A stretch of 63,655 nt of DNA, the filler included, from Atractiella rhizophila (lineage: Eukaryota), in NCBI GenBank assembly GCA_021432655.1. It is 39 parts of 39 records of this genome, joined end to end, with 100 filler letters (N's around TTAATTAATTAA, not from the genome) between each part and the next. Parts side by side here need not be neighbours in the genome. Positions count along the whole stretch, not along the records: positions 1 to 1,591 come from MU272919.1; positions 1,692 to 3,282 come from MU272920.1; positions 3,383 to 4,971 come from MU272921.1; positions 5,072 to 6,657 come from MU272922.1; positions 6,758 to 8,342 come from MU272923.1; positions 8,443 to 10,026 come from MU272924.1; positions 10,127 to 11,701 come from MU272925.1; positions 11,802 to 13,370 come from MU272926.1; 31 more parts are not named here. The stretch is one strand, 5' to 3'. Below are positions 1 through 11,930 of this stretch, piece by piece. Every line of letters begins with the position of its first letter. Position 1 is the first letter of the stretch. Position numbers and translations under genes: made by a program. Below the pieces are notes generated by a model. It made no database searches and was not told the origin of the DNA. It saw nothing but the letters and a program-made list of their open reading frames with translations.

Positions 1-1270
1 CAGTTAGTTCAGCCTGGCATTTCTGCTCCAAGGAACAACTACTCACCGAGGTGCGTGTACTACTTGATCCTGATTGAACTCGGGGTGTCGTCGCAGTGGT
101 TTTGCCTGCAGAAATGTGAATCATTGAATACTGGCTTCCCCAGTAAAAAACAGCTAAAAAAACCTGTTTACTCACCAGTAAAAAACCAGGCTCGACGTTC
201 CCGCTTTCTCGCCCGGTATTGGTTCATTTTTATCAGCCTTGCCCAGGTAAATTACCGGCACTAAAAACCAGTTTTACAAAATCACAAATATTGACGTAGA
301 AGCACAACCACCACCAGTTACTCCGCCCAAAAATGTCTCCCAATCTCGAACATCACAGACCTTTACTTCAGGAACAGGCACATCCTTTGTAGATTATCAG
401 GAAGAGAGTACAATTCAAATGTACTCTGATGCCTTCTGGAAACTTGTGGCCTGCTGAATCCAGTTCAAAGCCACTTCCTCAATGATGGAGAAGCAGCTGA
501 AGTTCTTTACTGTCTTATGACTCATGCCAACTGATGAATCTTTTGAGGATAGGATTCAAAAAAAACTAAGGAACTTTGCCACCGAGCGGCACAAAAGTAG
601 ACTGCAAAATCCAACAGGACTGTGGACCCCTATTAGGATTTGCAGGGATTATGAATGCATTGTAATCGTTAAATTGTTCCTGGGCTAACTCATGAATTAG
701 GTTCATCATGTAGCCACACAAATCCTGGTTGCATGCAAAAAAAGTTATTTCCTTCACTCATAAGCAATCAGTGCGGCCAGAAATCACTCAAGTGAAGGAA
801 AAGCATGCCTTCTGAGCAGGTAAAAGATAGTCTCCAATGCAATTTGGAACGAAGAAGGGAACAACCCAAGACACGTGCATTAACCTTCAGAGCGACCGTT
901 CCCTTCCAACTGTGTAATCTAGCCTTTCTTCCACATCTCTAACTAGCAATAACATAGGCACGCCTCTTCAAGCTAACACACTACTGACAGTGAGGATCAG
1001 CTAAAGTAAGATACCTCTAGTCGAATGCTGTACAGTGTTTTCTGGGTCGAGTTGATTTTTGTACTCAGGCCATTGATCAAACACTCGGATGAAGCGCCAA
1101 CCGCAACTGGTAGACTGTTTCACACATCTTGACACAAGTTTGGGCCCAAAACTGAACATATATGATTGCATTCGACCTATTTAGACAATCCAGACAGCAA
1201 TTTAGTTCTCCATCGATGCTGCCTCTGGCAGCAACAGAAGCACCCCAGGCAAGTCACTTGCAACGGTAAT

Positions 1271-1591
1271 TCAACCACCAATCTTGCCCAAAGCAAAACT
1301 GACGGCCTGGTTTTGGTATGTGCTGACGACGACGAGATGGTCGTTGACGTTCCCACCGCGTGCGCTATTGCAGGGATCACTCGCTAATTATTGAAGGGAG
1401 GTGGCGGTAGGAACGCACCAAACGGGATCATTCACCAGGCAATAGCTCTGCAGCACGGACGAGAAAGCATTTAGTGCTCCAGGGGCACGAGGGGAGAGCC
1501 CACTCCTGGTATATGGTAGTCGGCATCAGATTAGCGGGCAGAGATGTAGGGTTGCGCACCTTGCATTCCCCGTGCCAGCGTTGTAAGGTTG
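1271..1591 (-). CDS. Acetylxylan esterase/cutinase (CE5), C-terminal part, 2 introns
   Basis: Removing two GT-AG introns gives QPYNAGTGNARSGLSPRAPGALNAFSSVLQSYCLVNDPVCARGGNVNDHLVVVSTYQNQAVSFALGKIGG*. This carries the CE5 SYCxxxDPvC...H catalytic Asp/His signature. It is not visible in the ORF track. Confidence 0.8.
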
Positions 1592-1691
1592 NNNNNNNNN
1601 NNNNNNNNNNNNNNNNNNNNNNNNNNNNNNNNNNNTTAATTAATTAANNNNNNNNNNNNNNNNNNNNNNNNNNNNNNNNNNNNNNNNNNNN
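1592..1691. other. Artificial contig-joining spacer (first of 38): 44 N + TTAATTAATTAA (stops in all six frames) + 44 N
   Basis: Identical 100-nt spacers start at 1592, 3283, 4972, 6658, 8343, 10027, 11702, 13371, 15031, 16687, 18342, 19992, 21640, 23287, 24932, 26574, 28213, 29850, 31483, 33113, 34743, 36367, 37990, 39609, 41227, 42845, 44458, 46068, 47678, 49287, 50895, 52503, 54111, 55716, 57311, 58902, 60488 and 62072. The intervening contigs never increase in length. Confidence 0.99.
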
Positions 1692-3005
1692 GACAGAAGT
1701 CTCGACGACATCATCACGAGCAAGAAGAAAACCACTCGGGGACGCATCTACCGTGGTGGAGGACTCCCTCGTCGAGGTTCTGGTCGAAAAGTCTCTGCCC
1801 CTTACGACCGCAACGTTCGTGCCGTCCCTAGTCCCGTGCTCGCCAAAAGGGCCCAGGCTCCTGCCTCTGGTGGCGCTCCTTTGCCTGGAGGGAGTAAAAT
1901 CATTGTCAGTGGCTTCCCACAGGATGTTCTCCGCGAGCAGATCCTCGTACGTGACTTCCTTATCCGTTTTATGAAGTGGCAAGTTTATTGGTTGGTGGCG
2001 AAGGAATTGTTTCGAGAGACCGTTGGACCCGTGGTATCCCTCATTTTGAGCTTTGACGACAAAGGAAGGTCGAGGGGTATCGCCGAAGTCGAATTTAAGT
2101 CTTCCGAGACTGCCCAGAAGGCGTACCAACAGTTTAACGGAAGATTGATTGATAACAGTTAGTATACCATTCTCATCCTTAGGTTTCCCTCCTATCCCCA
2201 TTTGCATCGTCACACACGTCACCGGACGCGGTCTGGCCTTGTCGCTGGCTACCTTGATTGAAGGGAATAGCAAGAGCAAGGTGCATCTCAGTTGGGCTAC
2301 GCGCCGCACTTGAAACAGAAGAGTCGAGAAGACCTGACGTAGTCCAGGCTGCGCAGCCTTCTAGACGATTCCTTGCTCTGCGAGGAGTCTCAGGGTTCGG
2401 ACGTTCAAGCCGTTCAAGTTCGTGGCCGTAGCCCAACTCTCCATGACCACAGTCCTGCACCTGTGCGATCTTGTTCTGCTTCTCCTAGTCTATTCTTCTA
2501 TCTCCTTGGCCACTCTCGACGTCGAACCCGTTTCTGACCAATCCTATGCCTTCATCTTTGCCGTGCCCTCGATTCGCTCCGTACACTTGCTCGTCATGTC
2601 ACACAATCCTCGGATCGGTTTCAACCTTTTTGTCTACTCTACTCAACTACGCCAACGATGGACAACAGAATTCAAGATGAAGGTGGAGATGGTTGTGGAT
2701 CCCTCCAAAGTCCCACCCAAACCCCTCTCGACACGCTTAAATCCAGCACCCGCCGTCACTGCGCCAACGGCCGTGAGGTGAATTACTCGCTTTCAGGATC
2801 GTGGGCCTAACTGACACCTTGACTGTCGTGGAACAGACCGACTGGAGTGGTGGGACCAAGGGGCAGGGGATTCAGGGGGAGAGGAGGGAGGATTGGGAGG
2901 GGTGGAAGGGGAGGCGGAAGGAGAGATGGACCACCACCCACTAAGGATCAGCTCGACGTTGAGATGGATGATTGGACTGCGCAAGCACAGACTGAAGCGA
3001 AATAA
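1692..3005 (+). CDS. YRA1: mRNA export adaptor Yra1/ALYREF (REF family RRM protein), start codon just off the contig; introns 1947-2003, 2158-2668, 2778-2836
   Basis: N-box DRSLDDII, RRM (KIIVSGFPQDV...GRSRGIAEVEF...AYQQFNGRLIDNKFKMKVEMV), RGG tract and C-box TKDQLDVEMDDW, with the stop at 3003-3005. Confidence 0.9.
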
Positions 3006-3396
3006 GGCTAGAGTGGATTGGTATGTTAGTTCCTTTCGGATTTAGAATCTGTCTAACACTAGGTTGCTTAACTTTAGTTAACCGTGGTCCTATGCTTTTC
3101 TTCCCCTCCTGCCTGTCGCGGTGTGATATATGTTGTTATATTTGTCGGTTATGTTCTCTAAAATACAACTGGGTGCCAAAGGACAGCCATGGTGCCGTGG
3201 TTTCAATGCATATTGCTGCTCATGCACGTGCTCTAGGGATGATGAGTACTGATAGCGAATGTTTCCATGGCCATCAAAGAACNNNNNNNNNNNNNNNNNN
3301 NNNNNNNNNNNNNNNNNNNNNNNNNNTTAATTAATTAANNNNNNNNNNNNNNNNNNNNNNNNNNNNNNNNNNNNNNNNNNNNACCGTTCATTCCAG

Positions 3397-3656
3397 CAAC
3401 TCCATCCGAACAAGGTAAGCCTTTGTCTCTAGACATTTATTCCAACTTGACACTCACTATGTTCAGAGTTCTACGATAAATTGAGCGAACCGTTAAAACG
3501 CGAAGTGGACAAGCGTCGAGCCGAGAGACTGGCTTATGAAGCTCAACTCCGAGAAGATGCTCGCAAGGTGATTCCTTTCAGGAGCATGCTGTTTCGTCCC
3601 TTACTCAATGCCCTTGATATACGCAGGGAATGTCCAAGCCAACAAATCCTTCGTAA
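3397..3656 (+). CDS. Probable cytochrome bc1 assembly factor Cbp4-like protein, C-terminal exons
   Basis: Spliced product TPSEQEFYDKLSEPLKREVDKRRAERLAYEAQLREDARKGMSKPTNPS* resembles the Cbp4 pattern TPtxEqLYxxLspeLkrkVDxxRAxRL. Confidence 0.5.
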
Positions 3657-3897
3657 CTTCACTGCAAGTTGCGCTGAATTACTGACTTCTACCTACATGG
3701 CGCGAAACCTTTTGGATGCATCCATTACATAGTGATATTCAGTGCTAATCTTTATTCGGCACCCCAGTCAGACATGATGATACTTTGTGCAATCTTATCC
3801 TTAAACTAGTGCTTTGTAAGTTGACTTGTGAATTGCGGGAACAAATTCAAACAACGAGCCGATAAGCCTCGCTCGTGTGAGCACTTCTAACAACATT

Positions 3898-4971
3898 ATG
3901 CGGCGCGCTTCCTTCTTTGCGCTGCTTCCGTGGGCTTGGTGCATTCCCACGCAAGTCCCTTTCTCTTCGAAGGCTGAGACAGAATACAGAAATTATTCAA
4001 ATCACCAGTGTGGGCACGATCACTCACCGCTTTCCCTCTTGCGCTGATTGCGATTGTAGTGTGGCAACTCGAGTCGACAAACGAGCTCCCCCAGACATTT
4101 TTTCCCCTCCTCGAAGTTCTAGGGAATATATCTTTATGGCACGCCACCCCAAGTTCTGTTCAAATTCAAGTGCCTCCTCTCTGGAGTCCAAACATCGATG
4201 CCCTCGTGGCTTCTCTGCAGCACTTTTCGGGTGTTGAGCTCAAAAGTACGCTTCTCGTAGAGGATATTGGTTCTTTGATACCTCCCGTGACTCCTTTATC
4301 CACCTACACACAGCAATTCTATCAGTTCTCGAACCTCCTCACACAAGAGCCCGCGAACCCACATGAGATGTTCCATCCATACTCCGCAATACATTCCCTC
4401 ATGTACCAGATGGCCGCCGACTACTCCGAGTTTGCCAGCATATCGAAAATTGGTGAAACTGAGGAGGGAAAGGACGTTCTCGCTCTTAAAGTGGGATATC
4501 TCTCCGGTGACGAGAAACTCGGCTCTCAAGGAGGCAAGAGAAGGAGGAAAGGAAGTGACGAAGAGGAGGAAGACGTTGAGCTTATGAGTTTAGCAGTGAT
4601 CAGTGGTCTCCATGCAAGGTAAGCATAGTTTCGCTCAGAAGGAACCTCTCAGAGAACTGCTCCGTAGGGAATGGATTGGGCCGGCAGCATCCTTGTATTC
4701 GGCTCACTCTCTGCTCTCCTCGCTTTCTTCTGGGGCAACCCCAGAACTCCAAGATCTCTTCTCGTCTATCCAGCTCGTGTTTGTGCCTCTCATCAATGTC
4801 GATGGCTACCACTTTTCCTGGGAGGTGGACCGCCTCTGGAAGAAGAACCGCCAACCGTTGTCAGCGCCGTCGTGCATTGGCCTTGACCTAAACAAAGGTT
4901 TTGGAGCGCACTTCGCTCCCTCTACAACGTGCAGCGAAAATACTGCAGGCAGCGAACCTTTCGAAGCGAAA
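3898..4971 (+). CDS. Secreted M14A zinc carboxypeptidase-like protein (Ecm14-like), 3'-truncated
   Basis: Signal peptide MRRASFFALLPWAWC and a prodomain, then GLHAR|EWIG (HxxE split by an intron), VPLINVDGYHFSW, LWKKNRQ and CIGLDLNKGF. Confidence 0.85.
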
Positions 4972-5071
4972 NNNNNNNNNNNNNNNNNNNNNNNNNNNNN
5001 NNNNNNNNNNNNNNNTTAATTAATTAANNNNNNNNNNNNNNNNNNNNNNNNNNNNNNNNNNNNNNNNNNNN

Positions 5072-6657
5072 CAGCGTGATTTCAAGGACTCGGAGATTTA
5101 TCTTCTGCGATTTCAGCAATGCCTCACTCGAGCCATGACTCTCCTCAAAATGTACTTCATCAACTTTCTCCGACACCTTTGGGGCGAAATATCGGCCCTC
5201 ACTCTCGGGAAAGAGCTCGATCCAGTTGTTGAGGGGACACTTTTTTACGGGAAGTTTACAACGTATGCGGATACAATACGCCCATTAGTATGGGAGCTGG
5301 AGAAGCGAGCTGATAGAGAACCGGAGGAGTATAAAAGTCTTCTTGGAGAGTGTCACCAGGCATGGACTGCGACTAGAGGTCAACTCATTGGTGCAATGGT
5401 TTCAGAGGAAGTAAGGAGGATGGGGGTGGCAGAAAAAGACTTGGTCAAACTGGTGAGGTGTACAAATCAGTTAAGCTGGTGTTAACGGACTATGACACAG
5501 ACGAAAACTGGCTGCTCCTACCTACGAAACGTCTGCCAGAAAGAGTATGACCTATTTCGCTCCTACTTCGCACTATCCGGTACTCCAGAGATCTAGTTAG
5601 CTGACATCCCACTTTCCTCTGAAGTTACGAGCTCACCTCTTCTATAGTCAGCAACTGGAGCACCTTTGTGATACTCTATACGACTTGTTGCGACCACTTA
5701 TCCTCTCATCCACGCTGCCGACCCTTTGCGATCTCTGCACCGTTCTCTCCGCCATGGTCTCTCTCGATGTCTCGGACTCTGAACCGTCATCTCCCTTAGC
5801 CTCTCCCTCCCACTTCATGCATGAGCAATCCCTCCATTCTTTCCGATTCAACGTTCTCCTCTCTCCTCTCCTCGAAGATGCGCAAACCCGTCTAGTTTTC
5901 CGAGCGCAGGCTGTCCTCGAGAGCGACATCGTTCGATTTGTACCAGCTGCGAAGGATTTGGACTACCCGGAGAAGCTGGAGGGTGGAAACGGAGGCATCG
6001 CAGCCTGGAAGACCGCCGACGGTGGACTGGCTACATTCGAGCTACCGGAAGGAGACCAAAAGGATAGCTTCTATCCGACTCTCATCAAAACTGTCTGGTT
6101 GTTGGGAAGTCTTGAAAGTCGTGTGGCGGTTTGTCTTTAGCCTCCAGGTTGCAACCTTCTTCATATGAGCATAGGGAACTATTTTTGAGGATTTTGGCAA
6201 TGAAGCCGTCAGTTGCTGTCGACGCTCTTTTCATACAGCCGCAGAATCTATCGGAAAGAAAAGCCTGTTGGACTCCAAGCTGTTTCTAATCCGGCATCTT
6301 CTCATTCTCAAAGAGGTCGTACGGAACGTAGACATGGTACAAATTGACAGAGCGGTGGACTTCACTTCGTCAATAGGTTCGTGACAGCGCACTATCTGTG
6401 GCTAGGTTGAACCATTTGACAGATGTGCTTGGAAATTTGTTGCGAGGGAAATCCAACATTCTTGACCCTTCTACGCTCTATCATTTGGCGTCCAAAGGAA
6501 TGCCGAGTTTTGCAGAGAAGACAGTGGACGCAAAAAATGTGCGTAATGTTGCCTGATCAAGGATACGCCATTGACAAATCTAACAGGAACTGGAAGCTGA
6601 CCTTCGTTTAGCGTGCGAAGAGGCGATCACGACAGCAACCAACGAGATTAACAAAGC
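5072..6657 (+). CDS. COG3: Conserved oligomeric Golgi complex subunit 3 (Sec34), internal multi-exon fragment
   Basis: YLLRFQQCLTRAMTLLKMYF, LLEDAQTRLVFRAQAVLESDI, YPTLIKTVWLL and LFLIRHLLILKE are characteristic Cog3 blocks. Confidence 0.92.
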
Positions 6658-6757
6658 NNNNNNNNNNNNNNNNNNNNNNNNNNNNNNNNNNNNNNNNNNN
6701 NTTAATTAATTAANNNNNNNNNNNNNNNNNNNNNNNNNNNNNNNNNNNNNNNNNNNN

Positions 6758-8101
6758 GTTGAACTCATCGTCGACGTCGAGAAGGGGGATCTTGGATCGC
6801 TTACAGTACTCGTAGCATCGCTGGAGACTAGAAGCAGAAACCTCTTCTCCTTCCTCCGGGACGTGTTGGAGCCAATCAACCAACTCGAATCGCTCTAACA
6901 GGGACATAGCACCGTCGGTTTGCTCGGGGAGCTCATCATCGAAGATCTCATCCCCCACCCTCGAATATTCGTCCTGCTCCGACTGAAATACATCGGCATC
7001 GGTTTTGACGGGAACAGTTGAGAGAGGACGGGATGCTGGAGCTGAAGGGGAGTTTTGGCTAGGGGATGGAGAAAGATCATTGGTCATGGACTGAACGCAA
7101 ACGGTTTCCTGTTGAACAATCGGTCCATGTACGCTCTGCTCCCTGACAGTCGGTCGATGTTGAACTTGAGCACTAGATTTTGGTTGATTCTTCCTGCTCA
7201 AACAGTCCACTGCACATCCACTAGCTTTAGCTGAGTTCTATAGCCTGGGGTAACGAAAGGATTCACCTCCAAAGCGACCATAAAGCATTCCTGACAAGAC
7301 ATGGAATGCGCCATTGTAAAAATCGGCAATCTTGAAGCCTGATACGATAACGTTGTCCTTACATTTACTCCATTCCGCGTCCCGGTTGCCACCGCCACCT
7401 ACATAAAACGAAGCATCGACTAGATGTCTCAAGAAGCGATGCACCGCGGAATCTCGCACAATCCTTCCTCCGACGAGTCGAAGAATAGTCCATACGTGGC
7501 CGTAAACTGTCTGTTTGAATAGAAGAGACGGGTTGTGAGCCTTTTTTATAGCTAGGTACCTAGTTAGCCCTGACAGATTAGATAACGAACGGCGTACCTT
7601 CTTCCGGCCCGGAACGATAAATTGTGGTAGCAAGGCTGTCTTCACCTGTGCAACAGCTGTAAATGACGCAAGAAAATAGCACAAAAAGTTAAGAAGTGAC
7701 GTACCGGGCCAATGCCTGGAAATGTTACCAACCATCGCGTCCTGGTTATTACGCTTCCGCTCGTCTTCCAAGGCCCTCACCAACCGTTTCAAGATCTTTA
7801 CTTCTCCTTGATCGCTATCGCAGATATCATCGGTGGTACCTTTCTTCAGGCGCCAAGCAGGAGCGTCCTTCGCGGCCCTGTTCTTCGAGAGGGTGGGACC
7901 TTTACCTGGTGCCGCATGGTGCCACGCAAAGGCCATAAGTGGATCAAGGGCACTGAGGTCAAGGACAGGCAGTCTGAACAATTCATTGATGGTGTTGACC
8001 AACGGTTGAATCGTGGAACCGGCATGTCGGGAAGTGAAGTTCTGATGTTTCTGCGAGAATGTTGTAGGAATCATCAAAAGAGCGGCGATTCTGAGAAGCA
8101 A
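6758..8101 (-). CDS. Hypothetical multi-exon protein
   Basis: Long ORFs 7238-8101 and 6758-7210 can be linked by a plausible GT-AG intron. No family recognised. Confidence 0.5.
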
Positions 8102-8442
8102 TCAATCTCTCGATACAAAGAGTTTGATGTAACTTACAGCATAGCCTGCTCTGGTGGAGTACAAGGATAAAGTAAGCTATTGTTCTTCCCACTCTTCGAG
8201 CTATGAAACGGATGTGAGAAAGGTGTATAATAAGTGCGTTACGCGTTAGAAACTTACTTCCATTCCCTGATGTGCGCAATCGCGTCGGTAACGGTCGAAA
8301 ACTCATTCCCTGTCAAGTATGGGCTAGAGATCACAGGATATGNNNNNNNNNNNNNNNNNNNNNNNNNNNNNNNNNNNNNNNNNNNNTTAATTAATTAANN
8401 NNNNNNNNNNNNNNNNNNNNNNNNNNNNNNNNNNNNNNNNNN

Positions 8443-8746
8443 CCTCTCCTCCTTCTCCTGGAACCGCTTCTCCAGCAAGACGCGACTCTCCGTTGCCGAA
8501 GCGACCACAGTTGGCGGCTATCAGAGAGATGCAGTCTTACCAATCCGACGCGTCCTCAGCCGCTATTCCTTCTCCAGGCGCGGGAGCTGAAGACACGATT
8601 GCGCTCTTAAATGCCTCTCCCGTCCAATCGGAGGAGACACCATACCTCAATTCGTCACCAGACTCGGTGCAGTATGTTGGATTTGGAGATGAGTATTTTG
8701 CTAAGAATGAAGAGAACCAGTCAAAAGGTAATGTGGTCGATTCGTG
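8443..8746 (+). CDS. C-terminus of a hypothetical Ser/Pro-rich protein
   Basis: Frame is open from the contig start to ...KGNVVDS* and is followed by T-rich 3'UTR-like sequence. Confidence 0.45.
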
Positions 8747-10126
8747 ATTTGACTTTTTCAGTGTATAGTTGTTTTGGCATTCACGTTTATTCTGCTTTCA
8801 TTACATCTGTGAACAGTTGACGGCTCTATCATTCGTATGGACTGCTGTAAATATTTCAAGGACTAATATTATTGCTCGCGGTAACACATTTTAGCATGCC
8901 AAAGTAGGCCGTCCGTGGAGCACTAACTTCGATGTGAAAAGAACCACCCCAGTGAGCGTCGCATTTACAAATAAGAGGGTCTCTACCTTCCCGTACAAAT
9001 CAGACTGACGTCAGTATGGAGCGAGATGTTGAACAATATGACATCATGTTAACAAGAGTGGCTCGTATTAAGATCCATTAGCGACGTGCGATAAATTATT
9101 CCAGGTATGGAGTATCTATACTTTCTTAAGCAAATGTTGAACCAAACTGTTCCATTTGGTTGGTTTGCGGACGCCACGTTGAAATAATCTACTTTCGTCG
9201 CATTTGTGAGATGCTCGGTCGGCTCTGCTCTAGATGGTACGACCATAGAGCAGGAGGAAGTGGCCTATATACTGTATATATGGAAGCAGGGCGAAGTGGG
9301 GGCAAGCACGAAGACAACGGTGGGCGGTGCGGTGAGTGCCACGCTCCCACTCTCACAGCATTCTATGTATTGCTGTTGTTCTTCAGCAGCATACGCAACA
9401 CATCTATGTTTTTTACAACTTACAACTGTCCTCTGAGCCAAAATATGTCTCAGCATGGCCGTTACAACCAGCAATAATTGTGCGGCGCGTAAATTGAAAA
9501 CAATGTTAACATGGAGAAGCTTATTTGACTTCGTTCCCTTCATTACACAGTTTAGCGCCAGCTGGAGTTTTACTCAGAGCCTCAGGCATTGTTTGCGGAA
9601 ACAACTTTGCACTTTGATTGTTTGAAGAGTATGTCTATCTTAATGTTCCGACTACTGGATTTCACTTTTTATGTGCCGTGTTCTCCCAATCTCTGTAAAG
9701 TTTCCACATAGCAACTTCCGACTGCTTCATGTTTGCCATGTGCTTCTTCGCCCAAGGGGTTTCAAGTACAGCCTTCCATTGTTCAGATTCGACCACTTCA
9801 GGACCAAGTTGATCGTATTCTAAACATTTGCTTTAACCAAGTGATTGCTCAAGGGTGGAGATCACGCACCATAAAGGGCCAGAAACTGTGGCGCTTTGCC
9901 CACTTCATCTTCTTTCCCGGATTGGTGAAGCTTAGAGTCAGTAACTTTGAACCTCATGCCACGTCTAAATGTTTCAAACTGTCACCATCGCAAATGGCAG
10001 TAAGCGAAAAGAAGCCAACCTAAAGTNNNNNNNNNNNNNNNNNNNNNNNNNNNNNNNNNNNNNNNNNNNNTTAATTAATTAANNNNNNNNNNNNNNNNNN
10101 NNNNNNNNNNNNNNNNNNNNNNNNNN

Positions 10127-10539
10127 CTAACTGGCACGACGCTCGCCTCATAATAATTCGCACCAAACCAAGGTTGCTCAAACCTCCCATCCTGAAAGTT
10201 TCCAATAGGGATCGACAAACTCTCTAGATCCTTTTTGTCCTCCTCCTCCTCTCCTTCCTTTTTCTCGTTCGGCGAATCCGTGATGAAAACTACACGCTGG
10301 TTGGAGAGATGCACGACCCCATATGCGTTCTGCCCTGCTCCAGCGGGAGAAGGTACGGAGGTAGTGGAACATGGACGGAGAGTGAGATCGATGCCGGCGA
10401 TGGAGATAAAGAACTTCTCGTCTAATAGATGGCATGTCAACTCACCAATCAAATTCGAGATGTTGGGCAGGGGAAACGCACTTGGTAGTGGAACAGGCTG
10501 CCTGTTCACAGGCGAAATCATAGTCCAGTTTACCGACAT
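10127..10539 (-). CDS. WBP2-like PH-GRAM domain protein (UPF0664 family), 3'-truncated
   Basis: MSVNWTMI...PVPLP, GVVHLSNQRVVF and LESLSIPIGNFQDGRFEQPWFGANYYEA, with one in-frame intron. Confidence 0.8.
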
Positions 10540-11801
10540 GTTCGCTAAGATGTCTTTGGAGGCGCAAGACAAAGTACAAAGGAAATGGCCGAGATGTGAT
10601 GAAAGAGATGTTGATTGTCGATTGTCGAAATCAATTTGCCTGCGCGACTAAGCCCGTCGTGTCACGTGAAGCTACACAAGATGCTTCCACAACACAACCA
10701 CGCCCGCAAATGTCTTTTGGGTGAAAGATTGTTATAGACGAAGATCGGGACATGTAGGAAGACCAGGAAGAGCTGAAAAAGACATGACATTCTCAGCATG
10801 ATGAGATTGAATGGAAACTTGAAAGTTGGGTTTAATAGCCCTGTAGCGACAGCACTATCATTGTCTTGTTGCATGGTCTCGCTTCTACGGGATTCTGACG
10901 CGATCTGGCAATTACAGATCTCAGCCTGGGGTGTCGGACCGAGTGTTTCCCTTCTACACCGTAGCCGCGCTCACATTTCAACCTCAGGCAGGCATGCTTA
11001 CTCCTTCGCTCCTTCGGCAGGCGACATTGCTCGCTGGATCCTCATGCGTACTGTCGGCCCATTTGGTTGCAAATTAACAGTATCACGATTGCCCGTCTTG
11101 TGGAGTTCTCAAATATCGAATCGACTTCAAGTTCCAGAACCCAGAATCACCACACCGCTTGCAAGCCCATCTCCCTTCAGCTCCTCCTTCCTGATCCTTC
11201 TTCCTGGATCTTACTCAAACTAAGAGGCGACGTACTCGGAATCAGTTCAGTGATATAGTGATAGTCAGAAATTGAAGTCGGTTGCTTGCTGTTCTCACCC
11301 CTTGAAAGGGTTCGACCTTGTGAGTCTCGTTTGCAGTGTTGGCTTTGTTTGCAATTGGCATCTCAGCCAGCCCCCAAAACTCTTAGTTGGGGTATGGTTG
11401 CCCGTTTGTATCACTACAGAGAAAGAAAACATCAATCAAATTGACAATTCGTGATGGCCCACATTTTCAGTTTCGAAGTTGATGTACATCATGTTGAATT
11501 TTGACAAGAGCAGAACAACAGCCCAAAAAGGAGGTAAATATGAAATCTAGGGTCTAAAGCTGGTTTATTGCTTTTAAAATATGACCGTAGAAAAAGATTC
11601 ATTCAATGAGCTCCGACATATGATAGCCGTCGTGAGAATGGCCATCTTCCTGTTCGGACCTGTTCCAGCTTCTGCTCCTGCAACTTAATGCCAGCTAGCC
11701 ANNNNNNNNNNNNNNNNNNNNNNNNNNNNNNNNNNNNNNNNNNNNTTAATTAATTAANNNNNNNNNNNNNNNNNNNNNNNNNNNNNNNNNNNNNNNNNNN
11801 N

Positions 11802-11930
11802 GTTGACGGCATTGATATCTCTGGCCTCAACTATACAGATCCAACATTTGACTGCAGCAGTCCTACCATCCCTCAGTTACGAGCAATACTGGCACTATAT
11901 GAAGTGACTGCACCAAAGGGCAATCTGAAA
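11802..11930 (+). CDS. Fragment resembling a HeH/LEM-like helix-extension-helix domain
   Basis: YTDPTFDCSSPTIPQLRAILALYEV resembles the HeH pattern YxxPxFDPxsLtvpxLRxILxxhxV. The continuation is unclear and may be decayed. Confidence 0.35.

Noticed and set aside
1644..2309. 221-aa minus-strand ORF and other ORFs ending in X...LIN
   Set aside because: This one is an antisense shadow of YRA1, and the X/LIN tails come from translating through the N spacers.
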